Origin: Gemmatimonadota bacterium
GTDB lineage: Bacteria > Gemmatimonadota > Gemmatimonadetes > Longimicrobiales > Gaopeijiaceae
NCBI GenBank assembly: GCA_022823145.1
Contig: JAJDXS010000024.1
Location: forward strand, 30,319-94,318
Reading direction: 5' to 3'
DNA length: 64,000 bases
The notes beneath the pieces were generated by a model that had not been told where the DNA came from, searched no databases, and saw only the letters and a list, made by a program, of their open reading frames with translations. Positions 49,932 through 57,712 of the stretch are shown one piece after another. Numbering within the stretch: position 1 is the first letter of the stretch; each line of letters begins with the position of its first letter. The position numbers were made by a program, and so were the translations under genes.

Positions 49932-50417
49932 GTGGCCGGTGTTGTCACGGGCTGGCGCCTGGCCTGGCCCGAGCACTCCCGTACTGTCGAGGAAATGCTG
50001 TCCGGTGAGGGCGCGCTGCAATATGGCGGACGCTGGAACAGCCCGGGACGGCGGGCGGTGTACCTGGGTGGGAACCTGCCCCTCGCGAGCCTGGAGCTGC
50101 TGGTTCACGTTCGGACACCAGATGTCCTGGCACGGTATCGGAAGCTGCCCGTCGGAATCCCCGAAGACCTGATCGACGTCATCAGGGTGTGTGATCTGCC
50201 TGTGGATTGGGTGGCGCCCAGCCTTCACCCCGCCACCCGGAAGATCGGCGACCGCTGGATCGACTCGCTGGCGTCGGCGGTGCTCCGGGTACCGAGCGCT
50301 GTCGTGGTCGGCGAGGTCAACTACATTGCGAATCCCGTTCATCCGGACTTTGCCCGACTCCAGCCGGGGACGATCACCGACTACCGATTCGACGCACGCG
50401 TCCTGAAGTCACGTTGA
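49932..50417 (+). CDS. RES-domain toxin (ParT/MbcT family)
   Basis: GTG 49932, 5 nt after the antitoxin stop. GGRWNSPGRRAVYLG (Arg), LASLELLVH (Glu) and LRVPSAVV (Ser) give the R-E-S triad. About 161 aa. The track ORF starts at 49803. Confidence 0.8.
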   Translation: MAGVVTGWRLAWPEHSRTVEEMLSGEGALQYGGRWNSPGRRAVYLGGNLPLASLELLVHVRTPDVLARYRKLPVGIPEDLIDVIRVCDLPVDWVAPSLHPATRKIGDRWIDSLASAVLRVPSAVVVGEVNYIANPVHPDFARLQPGTITDYRFDARVLKSR

Positions 50418-50462
50418 GGCCCGGCTGGGTCGCACACCCCTTCAACCAGCAAAGGAACATCC

Positions 50463-50867
50463 ATGCACGAAGTCAATCTGCTCGCGGTACTGGTCGCCGG
50501 TATCGTTCCAATGATCGTCGGCTCGTTGTGGTACGGCCCCATCTTCGGCAAGCGCTGGATGTCGCTGATGGAGATGACGGCCGAGGAGATCCAGGAAGGG
50601 TTCAATCCGGTCAAAACCTACGGGGTGACCCTGCTGCTGTCGCTGGTCACGGCTTTCGTGCTGGCCCAGCTGATCGCCGAGGTCGGCGGAGGCTCCGCGA
50701 TGGTCGGCGTGCACGTGGCGCTCATGGCGCTGGTCGGCTTCATTCTCCCGGTCGCGAACCAGTCCATCGCCTTCGAGAAGCGCAAGCCGGGTCTCGCGTG
50801 GCTCAACGTCGCCTACAACGGCGTGGCGCTGCTTGCGCAGGCACTGGTGATTGCACTCTGGCGATGA
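50463..50867 (+). CDS. DUF1761-like small membrane protein
   Basis: 134 aa with 4 predicted TM segments. LLAVLVAGIVPMIVGSLWYGPIFGKRW is the typical DUF1761 N-terminus. Confidence 0.65.
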   Translation: MHEVNLLAVLVAGIVPMIVGSLWYGPIFGKRWMSLMEMTAEEIQEGFNPVKTYGVTLLLSLVTAFVLAQLIAEVGGGSAMVGVHVALMALVGFILPVANQSIAFEKRKPGLAWLNVAYNGVALLAQALVIALWR

Positions 50868-50890
50868 GCGCCGGGTGAACGCGACTGGGG

Positions 50891-51358
50891 CTACCCCTCC
50901 CGGCTGGCTTCCCGCTTCGGGATGACTTTCCCGGTCTCCCGGTCGTAGTCGACGATATTCTCCCACTCCGAGGCGTCGGACCGCGCGACGACAGCCACCA
51001 CGTCATCGGTTTCGCTGATGTTGACGACTTCGTGCGGCACGCCCGGCTCGATGAAGATGAAGTCGCCGGCGTGATTGACGATCGAGTGGCGGAGATTGGG
51101 GCCGAAGTCGTGACGCACCGTGCCTTCGAGCAGGTACAGCATGACCTCGAAGTTCACGTGGATGTGTGCGAAGGCCACGCCGCCGGGCGGGATGCGGGCG
51201 ACGTTCATCGACAGATCGCGGGCCGGGACGTTCTTCGCCGACAGGCCCGTCTTGTAGTGGATCCCGTTCCAGTCGCGGTGGATCCCGCTGGCACGGATGG
51301 TGTGGATGCCGTCCCCGCCATCGGGAACGCCGGGCTTGCCGGTTCCGTCGGTGCTCAT
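50891..51358 (-). CDS. Cupin-domain protein
   Basis: ATG 51358 (ATGA overlap). ARIPPGGVAFAHIHVNFEVMLYLLEGT..GDFIFIEPGVPHEVVN gives the two cupin motifs. Confidence 0.7.
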   Translation of the reverse strand: MSTDGTGKPGVPDGGDGIHTIRASGIHRDWNGIHYKTGLSAKNVPARDLSMNVARIPPGGVAFAHIHVNFEVMLYLLEGTVRHDFGPNLRHSIVNHAGDFIFIEPGVPHEVVNISETDDVVAVVARSDASEWENIVDYDRETGKVIPKREASREG

Positions 51359-52062
51359 TCGGCCCCCAGGAGCAGCGTCGCCACCGCCGCCATGTTCGCG
51401 ACCTCGACATCGGCTCGCGCCCACGCCGGGGGCGTCGCTCCGGTCGGCCCCCCGCGGCTGGGCCGGTTCACGTGAACGGTCGCGTAGCCCAGCGCCGTCG
51501 CGGGCGCGATATCGTGGAAGAGGCTCTGGGCGACGTGCAGCGTGCGGTCACGCGGTATCCCCGAGCGCCGGACCATTTCCTCGAAGTGCGCAGTGTGGGG
51601 TTTGTAGTGTCTGACCTGCTGCGCCGTGACCACCCAGTCGAACCCGGTTGCCAGCCGCTTGCTGCTTCGGGCGAAGAGGTCGTCGTCCACGTTCGAGACG
51701 ATCCCGAGCGCGTAGCGCGTACCCAGTCGCTGCAGCGCGGCCACGGTGTCGGGGAAGGGTGGCCAGTCTCCCACGGAAGCCGCGAAGGCGTCGCACTCCG
51801 CTGCCGTCGGCTCGAAACCGAGCCGCGGCCCCATCCGCTCGAGCGTCATGGCGAGCACCTCGCGATAGGTGCGGTAGCGCTCCCACTGCACCACGTGCTC
51901 GGCCTCGCCGAAGGCCGCGAGGATCGCCGCGTCGGTCGGTGACGCGCCGCGGGAGGCGCAGACCGGTTCCACGGCGGCTATGATCCCCGCCTCCCAGTCC
52001 ACCAGCGTCCCGTAGCAGTCGAAGGTGAGCAGTTCGAAGCGATCGGAGTCGAGTGTCGGCAC
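51355..52062 (-). CDS. HAD-superfamily hydrolase, haloacid dehalogenase type II-like
   Basis: GTG 52062, 2 nt after the dinB-like stop. LLTFDCYGTLVDWE (DxYGT motif I), GIVSNVDDD, YKPH, and a C-terminal LHVAQS. Confidence 0.78.
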   Translation of the reverse strand: MPTLDSDRFELLTFDCYGTLVDWEAGIIAAVEPVCASRGASPTDAAILAAFGEAEHVVQWERYRTYREVLAMTLERMGPRLGFEPTAAECDAFAASVGDWPPFPDTVAALQRLGTRYALGIVSNVDDDLFARSSKRLATGFDWVVTAQQVRHYKPHTAHFEEMVRRSGIPRDRTLHVAQSLFHDIAPATALGYATVHVNRPSRGGPTGATPPAWARADVEVANMAAVATLLLGAE

Positions 52063-52064
52063 GG

Positions 52065-52571
52065 CTACATGTCGGGGAAGTCGGCGGTCGGTCCGAAGAT
52101 CTGCGGCACCGGCACGTCGAGAAGGCGGAGATACACGCCGATCTGGGCACGGTGGTGGATCATGTGGTCGAGGATGAAGGTGCGCACCACGACCGCCTTC
52201 GGCAGCGTAAAGCGCGGCTCGCCCGCCACGAGCATGGTCCACGGACCCGCCAGATCCTCTTCCGAACTGTTCTCGATCGCCGCACGAGCCGCCGCCGAGC
52301 TGGCGTCGAGCGCGGAGAGAAGCTCCTCGGTCGTGTTGAACGCGGCCATCGGCGTCGGCCCGCCCTCCGCGGGCGCGATGTCGAACTCGGAGGACGCCAG
52401 GGTGGGCATCGTCCAGTTGGGGAGGTTGGCTAGGTGGGTCGCGAGTTCGCCGAGGGTCCACGACTTGTCATGCGGCCGCCAGCCCATGCGATTCTCGGGA
52501 ACGGCCTGGAGAACGGCTTTCGAGCCGGCGACGATCTGGTCGAACGCCGCCAGGGTGCCTCTTACGGACAT
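52065..52571 (-). CDS. DinB-family (four-helix-bundle, metal-binding) protein
   Basis: 168 aa. WTLGELATHLANLPNW and ILDHMIHHRAQIGVYLRL are typical DinB_2 His motifs. Confidence 0.78.
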   Translation of the reverse strand: MSVRGTLAAFDQIVAGSKAVLQAVPENRMGWRPHDKSWTLGELATHLANLPNWTMPTLASSEFDIAPAEGGPTPMAAFNTTEELLSALDASSAAARAAIENSSEEDLAGPWTMLVAGEPRFTLPKAVVVRTFILDHMIHHRAQIGVYLRLLDVPVPQIFGPTADFPDM

Positions 52572-52590
52572 CTTCCAGCCTTTGCGGTGG

Positions 52591-52632
52591 GGTGAACGGA
52601 GTGTTGTGGTGAACGGACAGCCGGGGTGAACA
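52591..52632. repeat. Three direct GGTGAAC(GGA) repeats with exact 17-bp period in the promoter region of the DinB-HAD-cupin operon
   Basis: Read directly: GGTGAACGGA at 52591 and 52608, GGTGAACA at 52625. On the coding (minus) strand this is GTTCACC-N10-GTTCACC-N10-GTTCACC, ending 20 nt upstream of ATG 52571. Confidence 0.5.
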
Positions 52633-52731
52633 ATCCCCTGGCCGCTCGAAAAGATATCAGCCCCCGGGGTGGAGTGCCCCTCGCAGAGCGGCCACCTGAA
52701 TCACGGTGCGGGCCGGTTGTCGTTCGCCGGG

Positions 52732-53997
52732 CTACCGCACCACCCCCCGGAAAAAGCGGTCGGCCGCCACGGCCGCGAGGGGAGCGCCCACCACGGTCAT
52801 GAAGACGCCGATCCCGGTCGATCCCGGGAAGCCGTCCTGGTCGTCGGTGAGGGCCAGTACGATTCCAGGCGCCGCCATGATCGTGCCCGCGACCGCGTTC
52901 TTCCACATGCTGCCGTGCGAGAGGTCCGTCGCGCCGACCCGACCGGTCAGATACCCGACGCCGAGCTGCGGCGCCGCGTAGAGAACGATGCGCGACCCCG
53001 CGTTGCGCAGCCCGCCGCAGCGCGCCCCGACGAAGTGCTCGGAGAGGTCTTCGAAGCTCAGGCAGGACCGCGACAGTGCGTACCCGGCGAGCAGGCCCAG
53101 CGTGTTTGCCCCGACGGCCACGCCGAGCGCCTTGCCCCAGGGGTAGGGTTCGGACTCGAGGGCCCAGCTGTAGATCCGGCTCGGTGTACTTCCGGGTATC
53201 GCAAGAGGGGCGCCCCCCGATATCGTCTCGATCAGGATCACGCCGTAGTTCGAGTCCGCCCCGAATCTCACGCCCGCCTGTGCGGGACCCACGGCCTCGA
53301 CACTCATTATGTGGGCGATCGGCAGCGTGTTGAGGGTCACGAGGCCATTGGCCTGGCGTACGTTGTCGACGATCACCACGGGAGTACGGCAACCCTGTGC
53401 AGCCAGCGAGGCGGGATCCCGGAACTCCAGGCAGACGAGCTGGCCGGGCTGGCTGCGACCGCTTCGGACCCGCACCCCAGGCAGAAGGCGCGCGAGCGCG
53501 TTGGCCAGGTGGTCTCCCGATCTCGCCGACGGTGTCAGTTCCTCTGCGGTGAGCCGATGTCGGGCCGTGCCCAGGGCACGGTCCCTGAGGGTCCCTTCCC
53601 GGAAGGCCTCGACGGTGACCGGTTCCAGCGCGATCGCGGTGGGCGACAGGGTGATGCGAAGCGCGATCCGGTCACCGGTCTCCAGGGTGACCCGATCGTC
53701 GAAGGTCCCGTACGCGATGTGATTGACTGTGATCCGGTACTCGCCCGAAGCCACCCGCTCGAACCGGAAGATTCCTGCTCGGTCGGTTACCGTCTCGGCG
53801 CGGGTCGAGTCGGCCACACCTGCGCGGAGACGCACCAGCGCGATCGACGCGGCCTCGACCGAGGCTCCCGTATCGAGGTCCACAACCCTGCCCTCGATAC
53901 GGGGCGGCCGATCCTGCGCCGCGAGGACGCCGGCGACGGCAAACGCCAACACGGCCCCGAGCGCGCAAGCGGCTCCGCGGGGCCGCGTCGCTACCAC
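52732..53997 (-). CDS. Carboxypeptidase-regulatory-like + TonB-receptor-plug-like protein with hydrophobic C-terminus, no beta-barrel
   Basis: GTG 53997 overlaps the upstream stop by 7 nt. Signal ALGAVLAFAVAGVLAAQ. RIEGRVVDLDTG..DRAGIFRFERVASGEYRITV is CarboxypepD_reg-like. LLPGVRV..VVIVDNV..GVILIETI is plug-like. Then about 4 Gly/Ala-rich hydrophobic segments. The track ORF extends to 54456. Confidence 0.62.
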   Translation of the reverse strand: MVATRPRGAACALGAVLAFAVAGVLAAQDRPPRIEGRVVDLDTGASVEAASIALVRLRAGVADSTRAETVTDRAGIFRFERVASGEYRITVNHIAYGTFDDRVTLETGDRIALRITLSPTAIALEPVTVEAFREGTLRDRALGTARHRLTAEELTPSARSGDHLANALARLLPGVRVRSGRSQPGQLVCLEFRDPASLAAQGCRTPVVIVDNVRQANGLVTLNTLPIAHIMSVEAVGPAQAGVRFGADSNYGVILIETISGGAPLAIPGSTPSRIYSWALESEPYPWGKALGVAVGANTLGLLAGYALSRSCLSFEDLSEHFVGARCGGLRNAGSRIVLYAAPQLGVGYLTGRVGATDLSHGSMWKNAVAGTIMAAPGIVLALTDDQDGFPGSTGIGVFMTVVGAPLAAVAADRFFRGVVR

Positions 53998-56900
53998 ATG
54001 ATTCTCCAAATCCGCCCGTCTCCTCCCGCGGCCCACCCCACCCGGCCACCCGGCGCGAACTCGACCGCCCACGCGCTTACGCCGTCGAGCGGCCGCCAGG
54101 TTTCGCCCATGTCGGCGGTGAACGCGGCGCCGGGTGGGGCCACCGCCACGATATTCCGGTAAGGGCCCCAGCGGCCGACCGCGCTTCCGTAGACGGCTCC
54201 GGCGATCGGCGCGGGCGTGGCGGCCGTCCAGGTGCGGCCCCCGTCCCCGGTGACGGCTGCGTTCGCGGGAACTACTTCTTCGGGCGCGCCCAGATCCCCG
54301 CCAAGCGCCATGACCGGCGACCCGTCGGCCAGAGCCAGCGTGAAGATCCCGGCCGCGTCGCCCGTCGCCATCGGCACCGTGACCTCGCTCCATGTGGCGC
54401 CGTAGTCGTCCGTCGCCAGGATCCGCGCCGACCCGCCAGCGCCCGTTCCGATCCATCCCCGGCCCGAATCGCCTGCGCGGGCGCAGGTGCCGCTGGCCGC
54501 GAAGCCGCCCTCGCCGTCGTTGGCCGCCGGAGCCGCGTCGGCCCGAACCCGCGCCCAGTTACGTCCCCCGTCCTCCGTGAGCAGGATGTACGGGACGCCG
54601 TCGAAGGAGTCGCCGTACGCGAAGCCGTGCTCGCCGTCCCAGAAGTCGAGGCAGTCGAGGAAGCCCTCGGGCGCGTCCATCAGGAAACGCAACGTCCAGG
54701 TCTGCCCGCCATCGGCGGTGCGGTAGATGCGCGACGCCGGTCCGGTGCCCGCGGTCAGCGCAATGGCTGTCCGGGACGAGAACCCGTGGATATCGCGAAA
54801 CTGGAGCGAGTCCCCGCCGGGCGCCGACACGCGTTCCCACTCGTCCCCGCCGTCCACCGTCCGGAGGATCGCGCCACCGTGGCCGCTCGCCCACACGGTC
54901 TCGGCCGTCACGGGGCTGATCGCCTGCAGGACCTCGGTCGTGCCGCTGGACTGTTCGGTGATCGCGGGAAGGGGTGTGCCAGGGTCGTCCTCCGCTTCCT
55001 CCCCGCGCTGCCGGTACACCTCGCGCGCCTCCTCGAACTGCCCGTACACGTGCTCCTTCTCCCGCTCCGACCGCCACCCCGGCCACAGCTCCGCCATGAC
55101 CTGCAGCTTGTCGATCCAGCGCAGCGCATAGTCCGCGGCGGCGGCGCTCCGGGCCGGGCGCCCCGCGACCGTCACCCAGACCGGGTTGGTGAACGCCTGC
55201 GGATACGCCGTGTCGAGCGGCCAGCGGTCCTCGCGGGCGCCCTCCACCCGCAGGTGGATCCAGCCGCTCGCGCCTATCGCCAGGGTGTCGTCGATGTCGA
55301 GGGATTTCCTGTCGCCGGCGGGTTCCCAGGTGCGGACCACGTCGCCGTCGACGACCAGCTCGACCCTCTCCATCGGCACCACGCCCCACACCCTGCCACG
55401 CACCCGCACCTCGCCGGGCCCGTCGAGGTCGAGCTCTTCCCCCGGCCCTCTGCCATCGACCGTGAAATCAATCAGCGGGCCGGAGCTGACGAACGAGTTG
55501 CCGTCGCGGATCCCCTGGAACCACCCGTCCATGGTCAGCGTGCCGTCCGGGGTGCGGACGTAGGTGCGCATCGAGCCCACCAGTGGCGTCGCGTGGAGGC
55601 TGGAGATGGAATCCTCTCCGCCTACCACGGTGGCACGAATCCCGCTGCTCCACACGGCGTAGACCGGGGGCCAGCCGTCCTGGGGCGTGGACCACTCCAC
55701 CGCATCGGCGGCCGCAAGCGCGGCGTCGACGATGAAGCCCTTGGCGCCACCGAGGTTCCCCTCGAGCGGGTCGCCGTTGTAGAAGGAGTGGACGTAGGCC
55801 GTCGTGGCTCCCTGGGCCTTGGCCTTCAGCATCATGTCCGTGTTGCTCGGGTAGAGGCTCTCGATCCCGGTGCCTTCGTAGCCCATCGCGTACGGCGCGA
55901 TCAGGTGTTCCCGCTGGCCGAACATGAAGACATGCCCATAGAAGGGCGGGCGGTACTCCTGCCCGACGACCAGCAGACGGTCCGGCTCCGAAAGCGGATG
56001 CGCGCCCCCGCCCGGGATCCAGTACTGGTGGTCGAGGATGCGGTTGTCCTTGTTGGCGACCTGCTCGGCGACGACGTCCTGATCCTCCGCGGCGGACATC
56101 ATCATCAGGTTGGCGAGGCTGTTGCGCAGGTTGCCGGCGTAGTTCATGTGCACGTGCGTGGAGCCCGAGAACCAGCCCTGGTCGGAGAGGTCGGAGATCT
56201 CCGTGAGCGTGACCTCCATCACGGTGGTCTCGCCGGAGCGGACGATGGCGGTGTAGGTCACCGGGGCGGTTTCGAAGCCGCGCACGATGGTCATCTCGGC
56301 TTCGCCCGCCGGGAGCTCCACGGTGAACGACCCGGGATGATGGAAGATCCGGTCGCCTTCCCGGGCCACGCGGGCATAGGCGTCGGCGGGTGCGTGGAAC
56401 TTGCCGTCCGCAGCGGTCAGGTGGACGCGACTGGCCACCGGCCCGCCCTCCTGGTCGACGGTGGTCACGGTGAGCGTGCCCGTCGGCCGCGCCCAGTGCC
56501 GTTCGGTGATGTCGACGCGCCGCAGTCTGCCGCCGTTGGCTTCCAGCAGGTACAGCTGCGGCAGGCCGGTCGGGTGGTGGGGCACGCCCTCCGCATCCGT
56601 CTCGCCCCCGTTGGCCACGAAGGCGATCCACTCCGCGTCGGGCGACCAGCGCGGGTGGAAGGCGTCGTGGTCGAAGAAGGTCATCTTGTATGGCTCGCCG
56701 CCGGTCGTGGGCTGGACGTAAAGGTTCTGGAACTGGTCGGCGGCGCCGGCGGTCGACGAGTACACGAAGCGCTGGCCGTCGTACGAGACGTGTGGCTGGG
56801 TGCGGTAAAGGGTCTGCTCGGCCAGGACGAGCTGGCGGTCCTCGATGCCGCCGGCCCGGGCCGGCACACGGTAGACGTTGCCGCTGCCGAGCGCGACGTC

Positions 56901-57551
56901 GCGGTTCGACACGATCAGCAGTTCCTCGCCGCTGGGCAGCCACGCGGGCGAGATGTGCATGTCCCAGGCGCCGAAGTAGAGCCGGTCGCGGCCGAAGGTG
57001 TTGTCGGCGGTGACCGAGACATCCGGCCCGGTCCAGGCGCCGTCGGCGAAGGGGCGGATGTAGACGTTGAAGTAGCCCTGCGGAGCGGTCGAGACGTAGG
57101 CGACGCGGCCGCCGTCCGGCGAAAAGCGCGGGTCGGTGTGGATGTGGGCGCCCTCGGTGAGGCGGTGGCGCTCGCCGGTGGCCGTGTTCATGACCTCGAG
57201 GTGGATCGTGCCGCCGCCGTCGTCCGCCGTGTAGAGCAGCCACGCGCCGTCGGGCGAGTAGTTGGGCGACGAGTAGTATTCGGGACCGTGCACGATCTCG
57301 TGGGCGTCGCCGGTTGCGATGTCCACCTCCCAGAGCGACCCGCTCATCGCCACCGCGACGCGCTCGCCGCCGGGGTGCCATTCAGGGTACCAGGGCGACG
57401 AGGAGGGCGCCGGGGGGAAGTAGAAGTTGTGCATGTAGTTGCCGCCGTGTGAAGCGGCGGGGTAGGCGCGCTGCGCGGTGAGGTGGGGGGCGGGTGGGGC
57501 GAAGGCGGTGGCGAGCACCAGGGCGGCCGCAGCGAGGGTGGGTCGAGTCAT
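53991..57551 (-). CDS. 1186-aa secreted fusion protein: TolB/PD40-like beta-propeller + CehA/McbA-type (PHP-like) metallohydrolase + BNR/Ycf48-like propeller
   Basis: Signal MTRPTLAAAALVLATAFA. PD40-like SPNYSPDGAWLLY, DPRFSPDGGRVAY, HPRWSPDAEWIAF. WFSGSTHVHMNYAGN is an HxH metallohydrolase start. The C-terminus has six Asp-box-like repeats (TVDGGDEW, TADGGQTW, TEDGGRNW, TDDYGATW, TGDGGRTW, TADMGETW). Confidence 0.8.
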   Translation of the reverse strand: MTRPTLAAAALVLATAFAPPAPHLTAQRAYPAASHGGNYMHNFYFPPAPSSSPWYPEWHPGGERVAVAMSGSLWEVDIATGDAHEIVHGPEYYSSPNYSPDGAWLLYTADDGGGTIHLEVMNTATGERHRLTEGAHIHTDPRFSPDGGRVAYVSTAPQGYFNVYIRPFADGAWTGPDVSVTADNTFGRDRLYFGAWDMHISPAWLPSGEELLIVSNRDVALGSGNVYRVPARAGGIEDRQLVLAEQTLYRTQPHVSYDGQRFVYSSTAGAADQFQNLYVQPTTGGEPYKMTFFDHDAFHPRWSPDAEWIAFVANGGETDAEGVPHHPTGLPQLYLLEANGGRLRRVDITERHWARPTGTLTVTTVDQEGGPVASRVHLTAADGKFHAPADAYARVAREGDRIFHHPGSFTVELPAGEAEMTIVRGFETAPVTYTAIVRSGETTVMEVTLTEISDLSDQGWFSGSTHVHMNYAGNLRNSLANLMMMSAAEDQDVVAEQVANKDNRILDHQYWIPGGGAHPLSEPDRLLVVGQEYRPPFYGHVFMFGQREHLIAPYAMGYEGTGIESLYPSNTDMMLKAKAQGATTAYVHSFYNGDPLEGNLGGAKGFIVDAALAAADAVEWSTPQDGWPPVYAVWSSGIRATVVGGEDSISSLHATPLVGSMRTYVRTPDGTLTMDGWFQGIRDGNSFVSSGPLIDFTVDGRGPGEELDLDGPGEVRVRGRVWGVVPMERVELVVDGDVVRTWEPAGDRKSLDIDDTLAIGASGWIHLRVEGAREDRWPLDTAYPQAFTNPVWVTVAGRPARSAAAADYALRWIDKLQVMAELWPGWRSEREKEHVYGQFEEAREVYRQRGEEAEDDPGTPLPAITEQSSGTTEVLQAISPVTAETVWASGHGGAILRTVDGGDEWERVSAPGGDSLQFRDIHGFSSRTAIALTAGTGPASRIYRTADGGQTWTLRFLMDAPEGFLDCLDFWDGEHGFAYGDSFDGVPYILLTEDGGRNWARVRADAAPAANDGEGGFAASGTCARAGDSGRGWIGTGAGGSARILATDDYGATWSEVTVPMATGDAAGIFTLALADGSPVMALGGDLGAPEEVVPANAAVTGDGGRTWTAATPAPIAGAVYGSAVGRWGPYRNIVAVAPPGAAFTADMGETWRPLDGVSAWAVEFAPGGRVGWAAGGDGRIWRIMW

Positions 57552-57712
57552 GCTCGCATCCGGTGGGGGTGGTGCCGCGCCCGGACGAGGTGGAGCGCGG
57601 GCGTGCAGGGATCGTACCGCGAGGCGGGGTGGGGGGCCAGTGGCCCCGGCACCGCTTGGCGCGCGTTGACGGTTTACATTTCCTGCATTCCGCTTCTCCG
57701 ATCCCAGAGGCC

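Noticed and set aside
52591-52632. The idea that the GTTCACC repeats are an alphaproteobacterial-type LexA box (GTTC-N7-GTTC) controlling a DinB-named gene.
   Set aside because: The spacing here is GTTC-N13-GTTC, not N7. DinB-family (DinB_2) proteins are not the Pol IV DinB. No lexA, recA or other SOS gene is in the window to support it. The repeats are kept only as an unexplained array.
57666-57694. TTGACG at 57666..57671 as the -35 box of a promoter for the Sel1 gene.
   Set aside because: No acceptable -10 hexamer occurs 16-19 nt downstream (CATTCC at best). Not reported as a feature.
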